Source: Alphaproteobacteria bacterium
GTDB lineage: Bacteria; Pseudomonadota; Alphaproteobacteria; Bin95
Reading direction: 5' to 3'
Assembly: GCA_964291285.2 (NCBI GenBank)
Contig: OZ219787.1
Location: 928,001-992,000 of the forward strand
Length of the DNA stretch: 64,000 nt
Below are positions 9,287 to 18,983 of the stretch, piece after piece (position 1 is the first letter of the stretch; every line of letters starts with the position of its first letter). The notes beneath the pieces are model-generated. The model saw only the letters and a program-made list of their open reading frames with translations. It made no database searches and was not told the DNA's origin. The position numbers were made by a program, and so were the translations under genes.

Positions 9287-10732
9287 ATGCGCCTCGGGAT
9301 CGCCGAGTTCAGCCTCGAATCCGTGACTTTCCTGCCGGAGACCACGGGCATCGACGTCTTCGAGCGGGGCGCGCTGCGGGGGGCCGATGTCATCAGCGGC
9401 AACCGGGGCGCCAATACCGCGCTCGGCGGGTTCATCGATGTCTGCGAGGCGGAAGGTGCCGCCATGCAGGGCATCGTCGCGGTCGGCGCGGGCGCGGCGG
9501 CGTCGGCCAGCGAGGAGGCGCTGGCGCGCTACACGGAGGAGATCGTGGCGGGGCTCGACGGTCTCGACGGGCTGCTGATCCACCTTCACGGCGCGCTCGC
9601 CACGCCCGCCAACCGCAAGGCGGACGCGCATGTGCTGGCCGCGGTCCGCGCCGCCGCCGGGCCGGACTTCCCGGTCGCCTGCGCCATGGACCTGCACGGC
9701 AATCTCGGGCCCGAGGTCGTCGAGGCCGCCGACGTCGTGACCGGCTACCGCTCCAGCCCGCATGTCGATATGGCCGAGACCGGCCGGCGCGCGGCGCGCA
9801 TCCTGCTGGCGGCGATGCAGAGCCGGGTCCGCCCGGTCATGGCGTTCGCGAAGCCGGGCGTGATGCTCCCCAGCATCTTCACGGCCACCGCGCTGCGTCC
9901 GCTCGCCGACATCAAGCGGCAGGCGGCGGCCTGGCAGGCGCGTGAGGAGGCGCTGCTCGACGTGTCGGTGTTTTGCGGTTTCGCCTATGCGGACACGCCC
10001 GACACCGGCATGAGCGTCGTCGCGGTGGCGGACGGCGACGAGGCGCTTGCCCGAAGGGCGGCGGACGACCTGTCGGAGCAATGCAGCCTCAACCGCTTCC
10101 GGCTGCTGAAGCGCGAACTGGTCCACAGCGTCGAAGAGGGACTGGACAGGGCGGCGGCGGTCGAGGGCGGCCCGGTCTGCCTGCTGGAGCATGCCGACCG
10201 GATGAACGACAGCACCTGGACGCTCCGCGAGATGCTGGCGCGCGGCATGGGCCCCGCCTATGCGCCTTTCGTCTGCGATCCGGAGGCGGCGTCGGCCTGC
10301 ATGGCCGCTGGAGCGGGCGCACGCCTCAGGCTCGCTTTCGCCGGCAAGTCGTCAGAGAAGGCCGGCGGCCCCCTGGAGGCCGATGTGGAAGTGCTGGAGG
10401 CCGGTGAGAAACGCTTCCGCATCACCGGGCCTCTCAAGACGGGCACGAAAATCTCGCTCGGGCCCTCCGCGCTTATCCGCACCGGCGAAGTCACGGTCTC
10501 GCTCGTTTCGGCCAACTACTCCGCCATCGACCTGGACTGCTTCACCCAATTCGGCCTCTCGCCGGAGGATTTCCGCTACATCCTGCTGCGCTCCAAGACC
10601 CACTTCCGCGAGGTCTATGAACCGCTCTGCGCGGCCATCGTGATCCTGGACACGCCCGACTGGGGCCCCGCCGACCTCGCCCTCCTGCCCTACGAGCACG
10701 TCCCGCCCGCCACCTTTCCGCTCGGTGAATAG
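9287..10732 (+). CDS. M81 family metallopeptidase (MlrC-like)
   Basis: LESVTF, LHGA, DLHGN, YRSSPHVDM, GFAYADTP, KTHFR motifs. Confidence 0.88.
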   Translation: MRLGIAEFSLESVTFLPETTGIDVFERGALRGADVISGNRGANTALGGFIDVCEAEGAAMQGIVAVGAGAAASASEEALARYTEEIVAGLDGLDGLLIHLHGALATPANRKADAHVLAAVRAAAGPDFPVACAMDLHGNLGPEVVEAADVVTGYRSSPHVDMAETGRRAARILLAAMQSRVRPVMAFAKPGVMLPSIFTATALRPLADIKRQAAAWQAREEALLDVSVFCGFAYADTPDTGMSVVAVADGDEALARRAADDLSEQCSLNRFRLLKRELVHSVEEGLDRAAAVEGGPVCLLEHADRMNDSTWTLREMLARGMGPAYAPFVCDPEAASACMAAGAGARLRLAFAGKSSEKAGGPLEADVEVLEAGEKRFRITGPLKTGTKISLGPSALIRTGEVTVSLVSANYSAIDLDCFTQFGLSPEDFRYILLRSKTHFREVYEPLCAAIVILDTPDWGPADLALLPYEHVPPATFPLGE

Positions 10733-10918
10733 CCGGGTTGAGAGGTTGAAATGCGCAGCGCGCGACCGGATAGGCGCAAATGTTGGCGACGCGCATGGAC
10801 CCGACCATATTGTCAGGTTGTTGCAGGCGCGCAGAGCCGTCGGTGCGTTTCGTGAAGCGGGACGTCCCGCGTGGGGTCTGGACAGCGCCTGTTGTCCATC
10901 ATCAGGTCGGGACGAGCC

Positions 10919-11965
10919 TTAGTTTACCGGGGTTGATCCTGATCTCGCCGTACTGGTTGACGTTCTTCCGTTCGATAGGTCTGATGCGGGCGTGTCCCCG
11001 TCTGACTCTCCCTCTCGCCGGATTCTCATGAGCATGTAGCGTTTCCGGCGCGCGAATTCGACGGGGTCCAATATCTCAAGCGAGCGCTCGAGGGAACGTC
11101 GCGAGCCTTCGAATATGTTCTCCAGAACGTAGTGCACGCCGGGGGATTTCGATTGGACCTTGCCCTGCGTGTAATCGAATAACGGGAGACCGAGTCGGGT
11201 TGCGAGCAAGTGAGCGAAACCGAGTGTGGGCAGCACATGCACGGTAATGTCGCGACTGTGGACGATTCGAAATCCTTCGGAGTCGAGCCGTTTCCGAAAA
11301 TCCTCCCATAGCCATCCGGAACGCTCGCCTCCGGGTTGCGTGCGAAAGTAGTCGGCGACGATCCAGGCTCCTCCGGGTGCCAGAATCTGCTGGACAACAG
11401 GGATTACCCGAATGGGATTCATGTACTGGATTGACTCGGCGTGAATGATGGTCCCGAAGGCCCCTTTGTAGTCATCTGACGGCAAATCCTCGAACCGGCA
11501 GTGGAGGATCGGGACTCCTCGACGGGCGCGGTGGATGTACTCAACCTCGAGAACATCGGGCGTCAAGCCGGTCGCGTCGAATCCGGCCTCCTTCAGGAGG
11601 CTCAGCACTCCGCCCCTGCCGCAGCCGACATCGAGAACAGGTGCGCCGGGAACGTCGATCAGCTTCAGGATCTCCTGAGCATATCTCAATTGCGCGTGCT
11701 GCATATCGTGGAAGCTGATTCGTTCCGGCGACACGCTCGCGTCGTCGAAGTAACCGTAGTGGAGAAAATCGCCTGGGAGCACCTGGCTGTACAGGTCAAG
11801 CTGCGTGTTTTTCAGTCCGGTAGGGAACCGACGATGCAGGCGCCCGCGTCCGATCCGCCGCACCACATGATGAGGCAGGAATGTCCGGATCAGGATCTCA
11901 CTAATGACGCGGGTGCTCGTAAGGCGAAGATCTGCTCGGGATGCCGCCGTATCGGACTTCGCCAC
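10919..11965 (-). CDS. Class I SAM-dependent methyltransferase
   Basis: FLHYGYF, VLDVGCGRGG (motif I), HAESIQY, LAPGG. GTG start. Lower GC than neighbours. Confidence 0.85.
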   Translation of the reverse strand: MAKSDTAASRADLRLTSTRVISEILIRTFLPHHVVRRIGRGRLHRRFPTGLKNTQLDLYSQVLPGDFLHYGYFDDASVSPERISFHDMQHAQLRYAQEILKLIDVPGAPVLDVGCGRGGVLSLLKEAGFDATGLTPDVLEVEYIHRARRGVPILHCRFEDLPSDDYKGAFGTIIHAESIQYMNPIRVIPVVQQILAPGGAWIVADYFRTQPGGERSGWLWEDFRKRLDSEGFRIVHSRDITVHVLPTLGFAHLLATRLGLPLFDYTQGKVQSKSPGVHYVLENIFEGSRRSLERSLEILDPVEFARRKRYMLMRIRREGESDGDTPASDLSNGRTSTSTARSGSTPVN

Positions 11966-12315
11966 TTCCAGTCCTCCACTTGCCGTTCCAGCGAGAAACG
12001 CTCGGGCAGCGCGAGGACGGCAACCGATATGTCAGCTCGAGAGCGCTCCCCACCAGCCCGGCCGCAAACGCTAACCCGGTTGCACCCTTCCGCGCATCCC
12101 CTAGATTGGGGAAATTCGGGACAGGCTCGCGCGCATCGCCGATCTTGAGGAACAGATCGACGGCACGCAGGAGATGGTCTTCGAACTTTCGCCCGGCGAC
12201 CGGAGGGAATGGGCGTTGGCCGCTTGGACTCGCGGTCGCGCCGGGCCACAGGGAAGCCGGAAACTTCTACGCTATAGGAAACGCCCGGGCGACCGAACGA
12301 AAGGAGCGCCGCTGC

Positions 12316-12993
12316 ATGGCGAAATACCGGCTGGTCACCTTCGACGCCTATAGCGGCCTGGCGGACTTCCGCGCGACGCTGACGCCCGCCGTCGCGCGGC
12401 TCCTGGACCTTTCCGCCGATGCGACACATGCCTTCCTCACCTCCTGGCGGGCCGGCCAGCTTCGCGCCGCCGCTCTCTCGAACGCTCTGAAACGGGGACG
12501 CACGAGCTTCCACGACTGCACGGCGCTGGCCCTCGAACATGCGGCAGCCGAGCGCGGCATCTCTGTTCCGGCCGACAGGCGGGAAGAGTTGGTAGCGGCC
12601 TGGTATCCGCTTCGGCCGTGGCCGGAGGCGCCGGAGGTGCTGCGCGCGCTCAGGTCGCGGGGCTGCGAGCTGGCGCTTCTGTCGAACGGCGACCGCGCCA
12701 TGTTGGAAGCCGTCGCCGGACAACTGCCCGTCCCGTTGGATCACATATTCTCGACGGCGGACTCGGACTCCTACAAGCCCGACCCGGAGGTCTATGACCT
12801 GCCGGTGCATGCGCTCGGCATCGCCCGCGAGGACTATCTGCATGTCGCCGGCGGCGCCAACGATGTCATCGGCGCGAAATCGGCGGGTGTGGCCTGCTAC
12901 TGGAACAACCGGACAGGCGACCGGGTGCTGCTGCCCGAGTTCGCCGCCGACGCCGAGGGACCGGACCTTCGCGGCGTGCTGGACCTTGTGTGA
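12316..12993 (+). CDS. HAD hydrolase, haloacid dehalogenase type II-like
   Basis: RBS AAGGAG. VTFDAYSGLAD, LSNG, YKPDPEVY, DVIGAKSAG. Confidence 0.88.
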   Translation: MAKYRLVTFDAYSGLADFRATLTPAVARLLDLSADATHAFLTSWRAGQLRAAALSNALKRGRTSFHDCTALALEHAAAERGISVPADRREELVAAWYPLRPWPEAPEVLRALRSRGCELALLSNGDRAMLEAVAGQLPVPLDHIFSTADSDSYKPDPEVYDLPVHALGIAREDYLHVAGGANDVIGAKSAGVACYWNNRTGDRVLLPEFAADAEGPDLRGVLDLV

Positions 12994-13044
12994 AAGGAAG
13001 GAGCGGGCCCCGCTCCTCCCCCGGCGAGGGCCTGCCCGATAGCC

Positions 13045-13317
13045 GGATTTTGCAATTTGTTCACATTTAGAGAAATATTTCATAAATCAGGTTGACCTCG
13101 CGAGGTCGATTGGCCATATAAGGGCAGGAGGAAAGGAGCGGCATCCGGAGGCCGTTTCGATTCGCGCCGGTGCGAAAAAACACCCGAGAAGCCGACAGGA
13201 CAAGTGCGCCCTGCGTTTCGCTCTCGCGCGCGCCGGCGCAATCAGGCGCGCGATTCGCGCCGCCGCGGAACGCGCGCGGGCACGCGCAGGCGCCCGCGCG
13301 CATCATGCGCGAATTAG
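13045..13317 (+). repeat. Intergenic repeat family, copy A, 5' part (promoter and structured core), split by IS1634
   Basis: Shares ordered blocks GGCATCCG, TTCGCGCCGGTGCGAA, GAGAAGCCGAC, GTGCGCCCTGC and GCAATCAGGCGCGCGA (13238-13253) with copies B, C and D. Confidence 0.85.
13091..13119 (+). promoter_or_regulatory. Putative sigma70 promoter of repeat copy A
   Basis: GTTGAC-N17-CCATAT preceded by an AT-rich tract. Matches the alphaproteobacterial CTTGAC-N17-CTATAT consensus. Confidence 0.7.
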
Positions 13318-13468
13318 CCCGACTTCCGCAACTCGGCTTGAGAATCGACTGATTTGACGGTTTTCCGGCGCGAGAAGTGTCGGATTTCGGTGCAGTACCT
13401 CTCGGGACCGGCTTGTAGTGCCGACCTACCCCCTTGATCGGGCTGGCGAAGATCCGGACGCTGCGCTG

Positions 13469-15217
13469 ATGTTCGTGCGCTGCAAGAGACGCTTCAAGGA
13501 CGGCAAGGAGCACCGCTACTGGAGCGTTGTGGAGAACGTCCGGGTCCACGGCGGTCGGGTTGTTCAGCGTCAGGTGCTCTATCTCGGGGAGATCAACGAC
13601 AGCCAGCGAGCGGCGTGGTGCCGCTCGATCGAGGTGGTGGAGGGCAAGTCGCGATCACGGCAGATGGCGCTGTTTCCCGAGGACCGGGAGGCGCCGGCGC
13701 TGACTTGCGAAGTGGTGAAGATCGACCTCTCGCAGGTGGCGCTTCACGACCCGCGCCAGTGGGGGGCGTGCTGGCTGGCGCTGTCCTTGTGGGACCGCCT
13801 GGACCTGGACCGCTTCTGGGAAGAGCGGCTGCCGGCGAGCCGGCAAGGCACGCGGTGGCTGGACATCCTGAAGATCCAGGTCTGCTACCGGCTGATCGAC
13901 CCGGGCAGCGAGTGGCGCCTTCACCGTCACTGGTATGAGCACAGCGCGCTTCGCGATCTTCTGGGTGGCGAGCGGGCGATCGCCGACGACACACTCTATC
14001 GCTGTCTCGACAAGCTGCTGGCGCACAAGCAGGGCTTCTTCTCGTTTCTGCGCGACCGCTGGGCGACGCTGTTCGAGGCGCGCTTCGACGTGCTGCTCTA
14101 CGACCTGACCTCGACCTACTTCGAGAGCGATCCGCCGTTCGATGACAAGCGCCGCTTCGGCTACAGCCGGGACAAGCGGCCCGACTGCGTGCAGGTGGTG
14201 ATCGCCCTGATCGTTACGCCGCAGGGCTTTCCGCTGGCCTATGAGGTGATGCCGGGCAACACCTCCGACGACACCACGCTGGCGGCGTTCCTCAAGAAGA
14301 TCGAGGATCAGTATGGCCGCTCCGAGCGGGTGTGGATCATGGACCGCGGCATCCCCACCGAGGAGACGCTGGCCGCGATGCGCGAGGGCGAGGCGCCGGT
14401 GCGCTACCTGGTGGGCACGCCCAAGGGCCGGCTGACGCGGCTCGAGAAGGTGTTCCTGGGCCTGCCCTGGCAGGAGGTGCGCCAGTCCGTGACTGTCAAG
14501 CTTCTGGTCGAGGATGGCGAGCTCTACGTCCTGGTGCGCAGCGAGGGGCGGCAGGTGAAGGAACGCGGCATGCGCCGGCGCCGGCTGAAGAGGCTGTGGC
14601 GTCGATTGGCCGAGTTGCAAGGGCAGTCGAACAGCCGGGATCAGTTGTTGCTCAAGCTCGGCGCCGCCAGGAAGGAGGCCGGCCGGGCCTGGAGCCTGGT
14701 CGACATCACCGTGCCCGGGACCGACAGCGAACTCGCCGCCAACGGCTTCTCATTCCGCCTGCAGCGCGACCGGCTGCGCCAGGTCCGCCGCCGCGAGGGC
14801 CGTTACCTGCTGCGATCCAACATGGTCGCCGAAGACCCCGCCACGCTGTGGCATCTGTACATGCAGCTCGTCGAGATCGAGCAGGCGTTCAAGGAACTCA
14901 AGCACGACCTCGCGATCCGCCCCATCTTCCATCAGCGCCAAGAGCGCATCGAGGCGCATATCTTCGTCTCGTTCATCGCCTACTGCCTGCTGGTGACCCT
15001 GAAGAACCTCGCCCGGCCGCGCGCCCCGGGCCTCACCCCACGCGCCATCCTTGAGGCCTTCGCCACCATCCAGATGGTGGACGTCCATCTGCCAACCACC
15101 GACGGCCGGCACCTCGTCCTGCCGCGCCACACCCGGCCGAACAAGGAGCACGAGCTACTGCTGCAACAGCTCGGCATGACCTGGCCGCAGCAACCCGCAC
15201 CCCGGATCTCCGCCTGA
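13469..15217 (+). CDS. IS1634 family transposase
   Basis: MFVRCKRRFKDGKEHRYWSVVEN, LYDLTSTYFE, FGYSRDKRPD, MDRG, IEQAFKELK, IRPIFHQ, IEAHIFVSFIAY. Confidence 0.93.
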   Translation: MFVRCKRRFKDGKEHRYWSVVENVRVHGGRVVQRQVLYLGEINDSQRAAWCRSIEVVEGKSRSRQMALFPEDREAPALTCEVVKIDLSQVALHDPRQWGACWLALSLWDRLDLDRFWEERLPASRQGTRWLDILKIQVCYRLIDPGSEWRLHRHWYEHSALRDLLGGERAIADDTLYRCLDKLLAHKQGFFSFLRDRWATLFEARFDVLLYDLTSTYFESDPPFDDKRRFGYSRDKRPDCVQVVIALIVTPQGFPLAYEVMPGNTSDDTTLAAFLKKIEDQYGRSERVWIMDRGIPTEETLAAMREGEAPVRYLVGTPKGRLTRLEKVFLGLPWQEVRQSVTVKLLVEDGELYVLVRSEGRQVKERGMRRRRLKRLWRRLAELQGQSNSRDQLLLKLGAARKEAGRAWSLVDITVPGTDSELAANGFSFRLQRDRLRQVRRREGRYLLRSNMVAEDPATLWHLYMQLVEIEQAFKELKHDLAIRPIFHQRQERIEAHIFVSFIAYCLLVTLKNLARPRAPGLTPRAILEAFATIQMVDVHLPTTDGRHLVLPRHTRPNKEHELLLQQLGMTWPQQPAPRISA

Positions 15218-15294
15218 CGGCACACGGCGCCGCCTCTCCGTTCGCCGCCTTGTAGTGCCGACCCTCGGGGAGACGATCAAGGCTATTCAATGAG

Positions 15295-15368
15295 TTAGCA
15301 TCCTCATGACCCCCGAGTTGCGGAAGTCGGGTTAGCATCCTCATGACCCCCGAGTTGCGGAAGTCGGG
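15295..15368. repeat. 37-bp exact tandem duplication of the IS1634 right end
   Basis: TTAGCATCCTCATGACCCCCGAGTTGCGGAAGTCGGG at 15295-15331 and 15332-15368. Confidence 0.95.
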
Positions 15369-15620
15369 TTAGGGTCCGCTGCACGGGCAAGCCGGCGGCA
15401 GTCAAATGGAACGAAACCGGGTCGAAAGGAGAGATCTATGCCGAATGGGCAAAGACGGAGAAACCGGACGGAATACCGGGAGCCCCCGCCCGGAACGCCA
15501 GTTCCATGCCTGAATCGGCGGCAGGATATGAGCCGTCTGCATGCTGATCATGACATCGCATGACAAAACATGACACTTCATGACACGTCGGTGGAGCGGG
15601 CCCCTGGGCCCGGCTGCGGG
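15369..15620 (+). repeat. Intergenic repeat family, copy A, 3' part (variable segment and CATGACA array)
   Basis: Joining 13317 to 15373 restores ATGCGCGAATTAGGGTCC, homologous to ATGCGCGAATCAGGGTCC in copy C. CATGACA at 15549, 15559, 15569 and 15579. Confidence 0.85.
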
Positions 15621-15740
15621 TCCAGCGTGCGCCTGTGGCAGCGGCGCCGGTCCGCCGTCTTTCGCGAACGGGCAAAGGCGCTATCATCCGCCGCCGAACC
15701 CTGAAACCCGAACGATCCCGAAACCCGAGGGGGGCTCTTC

Positions 15741-16151
15741 TTGTCCGACTACCAGAAATGGATACCCGTCCCGACGCCGGAGACCTGGCACTTCTGGGAC
15801 GGCTGCCGCGAAGGCAGGCTCTTGCTGCAACGCTGCGGCGATACCGGCAGGGCCTACTTCCCGCCGCGCCCGTTCAGCCCGTACACGGGCAGCCGCAATG
15901 TCTCGGTATTCGAGGCGTCCGGTAAGGGCACGCTCTACAGCTATGTCATCAATCACCGGCCGGCCAAAGGCTTCGAGGCGCCCTACGCCATCGCCATCGT
16001 CCAGCTTCCCGAGGGCGTGCGGATGATGACCAACATCGTGGAGTGCGAGCAGACGCCCGAGGCGCTCGAGCTCGACATGCCGCTCGAGGTCTGCTTCGAG
16101 AAGATCGACGACGACATCTCGCTGCCGCTCTGGCGGCCGGCGGGCGGCTGA
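15741..16151 (+). CDS. Zn-ribbon/OB-fold (DUF35) protein
   Basis: FWDGCREGRLLLQRC, YFPPR, GKGTLYSY, EGVRMMTNIV. Directly upstream of a thiolase. TTG start. Confidence 0.9.
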   Translation: MSDYQKWIPVPTPETWHFWDGCREGRLLLQRCGDTGRAYFPPRPFSPYTGSRNVSVFEASGKGTLYSYVINHRPAKGFEAPYAIAIVQLPEGVRMMTNIVECEQTPEALELDMPLEVCFEKIDDDISLPLWRPAGG

Positions 16152-16164
16152 GGGAGAGCGGACC

Positions 16165-17325
16165 ATGACCTACAAGCCCGGCTCCGTCGCCATAGTGGGC
16201 GCCGCCGAGACCACCGAACTCGGCAAGCTGCCCGACATCTCGCAACTCCAGCTGCATGCCGACGCGGCCTTGAACGCGATGGCGGATTGCGGCTTGCGCC
16301 CCGCCGACATCGACGGCATCGCGACCGCGCGCGAGGTGCCGACCGAACTCGCCCACTATCTCGGCATCGTGCCGAAATGGGTGGACGGCACTTCGGTCGG
16401 CGGCTGCTCCTTCATGATCCATGTGCGCCACGCCTGCGCCGCCATCGAGGCGGGGCTCTGCAACACGGTGCTCATCACCCATGGCGAGAGCGGCCGCTCG
16501 CAGATCGGCCGGCCCGTGCAGGGTGTCGGCCCCTCCACGCAGGAAGGCCAGTTCCAGATGCCCTACGGGCCGCTCGGGCCGCCGACCATGTTCACCATCC
16601 CGGTGCTGCGCTACCTCAAGACCTACGGTGTCGGCATCGAGAAGGTCGCCAATGTGGGCGTGGTGCAGCGCAAATGGGCGGGCTTCCATCCGCGAGCGAG
16701 TTTCCGCGACCCGATCACCATCGACGATGTGCTCAACTCGCGCATGATCGCCTGGCCGTTCCGGCTGCTGATGTGCTGCCTCGTGACCGACGGCGGCGGC
16801 GCGCTCATCCTGACGAAGGCTGACCGGGCGTCGAGCTTCCCGACGAAGCCCGTCTATATCCAGGGCATCGGCGAGAGCGTGGAGACCAGCCTCATCAGCC
16901 AGATGGAGGACTTCACCTCCTCGCGCGCCTTCCGCGTCGCCGGGCGGACCGCCTTCGAGAACGCCGGCATCACGCACAAGGACGTGGACCACCTGATGAT
17001 CTACGACGCCTTCGCGCACCTGCCGATCTACGGCCTGGAGGACCTGGGCTTCTGCGGGCGCGGCGAGGCCGGCGACTTCATGTGGGAAGGCAACACCGCG
17101 CCCGGCGCGACCGGCTCGAACGCGCTGCCGCTCAACACCAATGGCGGCGGCCTCTCCTACATGCATTCCGGCATGTACGGCATGTATGCGCTGCAGGAGA
17201 GCGTGCGCCAGATGCGCGGCACCTCGCCCGCCCAGGTCGAGGGCGCGGAACTCTCCGTCTGCCACGGCGTCGGCGGCATGTTCGCAGCCTCGGGCACGGT
17301 GGTGATGTCCAGCCAGCCGGCCTGA
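16165..17325 (+). CDS. Thiolase-family (SCP-x / lipid-transfer-like) protein
   Basis: VAIVGAAET, CCLVTDGGGA, YDAF, LEDLGFC, NTNGGGLS, ESVRQMRG. Confidence 0.9.
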   Translation: MTYKPGSVAIVGAAETTELGKLPDISQLQLHADAALNAMADCGLRPADIDGIATAREVPTELAHYLGIVPKWVDGTSVGGCSFMIHVRHACAAIEAGLCNTVLITHGESGRSQIGRPVQGVGPSTQEGQFQMPYGPLGPPTMFTIPVLRYLKTYGVGIEKVANVGVVQRKWAGFHPRASFRDPITIDDVLNSRMIAWPFRLLMCCLVTDGGGALILTKADRASSFPTKPVYIQGIGESVETSLISQMEDFTSSRAFRVAGRTAFENAGITHKDVDHLMIYDAFAHLPIYGLEDLGFCGRGEAGDFMWEGNTAPGATGSNALPLNTNGGGLSYMHSGMYGMYALQESVRQMRGTSPAQVEGAELSVCHGVGGMFAASGTVVMSSQPA

Positions 17326-17346
17326 CCGCCGGAGGGGCCGCCTGTC

Positions 17347-18015
17347 ATGGACCTTGCCGGCCGCGTCCTCTACCGCGACGGCCTGGTCCTGGTCATCGAC
17401 AAGCCCGCCGGGGTCCCGGTCCATGCCGGCCCCGGCGGCGGCCCCAATCTGGAAGAGGGCTTCGACAGCCTGCGCTTCGGCTGGAGGCGCCCGCCGGCGC
17501 TCGCCCACCGGCTCGACCGGGAGACGAGCGGCTGTCTGGTGCTGGGCCGGCATCCGAAGGCGCTGAGGCGTCTCGGCAGGCTCTTTGCCTCGGGCCGGGT
17601 GGGCAAGACTTACTGGGCATGGACGGCCGGCGCGCCGCCGGAAGAGGCGGGACTCATCAATGCGCCGCTGCTCAAGCGCAGCACCCGCGCGGGCGGCTGG
17701 TCCATGCGGGTGGACGGAGAGGGCAAGCAGGCCGCCACCCGCTACCGCGTGCTCGAACGCCGGGAAGACGGCACCGCCTGGCTCGAATGCCGGCCGTTGA
17801 CGGGCCGCACGCACCAGATCCGGGCGCATCTGGCACATCTCGGCTGCCCGGTGGTGGGCGACACGCGCTATGGCGGCCCGGCGGCGCCACGCACGTTACT
17901 GCATGCCTGCGCCATATCCTTGCCGCTCCGTGAGGGCCGGAAGCCGGTAGCCGTGGAAGCGCCCTTGCCGGCAGATATCGAGGCGTTTCTCGCGGGCGGC
18001 GGCCGTCAGGTATAG
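17347..18015 (+). CDS. RluA family pseudouridine synthase
   Basis: DKPAGVPVH, HRLDRETSG, TGRTHQIRAHL, GDTRYG, LHA. Confidence 0.93.
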   Translation: MDLAGRVLYRDGLVLVIDKPAGVPVHAGPGGGPNLEEGFDSLRFGWRRPPALAHRLDRETSGCLVLGRHPKALRRLGRLFASGRVGKTYWAWTAGAPPEEAGLINAPLLKRSTRAGGWSMRVDGEGKQAATRYRVLERREDGTAWLECRPLTGRTHQIRAHLAHLGCPVVGDTRYGGPAAPRTLLHACAISLPLREGRKPVAVEAPLPADIEAFLAGGGRQV

Positions 18016-18974
18016 ACGAACGCCAGCGAGCGGTCGGGCTCGGCGAGGACGAGATCGACGATGGTCTCGACCGTGCTGCCGACGGGCTCCATGCCGGCCG
18101 TCTTCGCGACGTCGGTCATCGCCTGCATGGCGCGCAGGAAATTGCGGCAGACCCGGTCGTCCGGGTCGGTGTAGTCGTTGTCGTTATGCGTGATGGCGTT
18201 GATGACCGGGATCGTCGCGCCGCGCCGGCGGACCTGGCTCACGATGTTGGCGGCGATCCGCTCATAGTCCGCCTCGGGCCAGTCGGGGCGCATGTCCCAG
18301 TGGCCGGTCAGCGTGTTGGCGTCCAGCGCGTCCGCATCCGGATCGACGGCCTGCCATTTGGTGCCGGCCGTGACGAGCGTGCCGGAGAAATCCACCGAAA
18401 CCGGCATGTTGGCGAATGGCAGGTCGCCGACGAGCTGGCGGAAGACCGGATGGGCCCGGTGCGGGTCGGGCGCCGCCCCGGTCCAGATGGCGTTCATGCG
18501 CGGCCAGATCCGCCCCGGCATGGAGCATGAGCCGCCGCGAAAGCCGAGGTCGGCGAGGACCCGGTACATGCTGTCGTTCGCCGAGAAGGTGCCGGGCCGG
18601 AAATAGAGCGGGCGGCGTCCCATGCCCGACTGCCACATGGAAATCGCCTCGGAGAGCGCGGCCCGCATGTCCGGCTCCGAAAGCCCGCCGAAATGAGCCT
18701 TGTATCTGCCGTCGCGGAACTTCCAGGGATGAAGGTGAAGGCCCTCGACGCAGCAGCCCCGGCCCGTCAGCTCCTCGAACAGGCCGGCCTGCTCGACGGC
18801 GACCTCGGGATGGATGAAGAAGGAGACGGGGAAGCCGAACTCCCGGGCCCGATCGGCGTAGCCCCGGATGAATTTCTCGCTGTCCGCCCAGCTTCGGGGT
18901 CCCGTCGCCGTCGGGTGCGTATCCGGCGTCGGCGGCTCCACGTCCATGGTGATGACGACATGCAGCTTGTCCAC
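18006..18974 (-). CDS. Polysaccharide deacetylase-like (CE4-type) protein
   Basis: ITMDVE, GLHLHP, FRPGTFS motifs. GTG start. Confidence 0.7.
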   Translation of the reverse strand: MDKLHVVITMDVEPPTPDTHPTATGPRSWADSEKFIRGYADRAREFGFPVSFFIHPEVAVEQAGLFEELTGRGCCVEGLHLHPWKFRDGRYKAHFGGLSEPDMRAALSEAISMWQSGMGRRPLYFRPGTFSANDSMYRVLADLGFRGGSCSMPGRIWPRMNAIWTGAAPDPHRAHPVFRQLVGDLPFANMPVSVDFSGTLVTAGTKWQAVDPDADALDANTLTGHWDMRPDWPEADYERIAANIVSQVRRRGATIPVINAITHNDNDYTDPDDRVCRNFLRAMQAMTDVAKTAGMEPVGSTVETIVDLVLAEPDRSLAFVYT

Positions 18975-18983
18975 GGGGCGGCG

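Larger units (their letters stand above)
13318..15368 (+). mobile_element. IS1634 family insertion sequence with duplicated right end
   Basis: 19-bp perfect terminal IR CCCGACTTCCGCAACTCGG / CCGAGTTGCGGAAGTCGGG. TTAG direct repeats at 13314-13317 and 15369-15372. Subterminal repeat CTTGTAGTGCCGACC near both ends. Confidence 0.9.

Noticed and set aside
12999-13017. Hairpin AGGAGCGG-GCC-CCGCTCCT after the HAD gene as an intrinsic terminator
   Set aside because: No U-tract on either side, and such hairpins are common at this GC content.
15295-15368. 37-bp duplicated sequence as a mini-CRISPR
   Set aside because: The two copies are adjacent with no spacer and equal the IS1634 right end.
15549-15585. 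CATGACA arrays as a CRISPR array
   Set aside because: The unit is 10 bp with 3-nt spacers. There are no 25-45 bp repeats with unique spacers and no cas genes.
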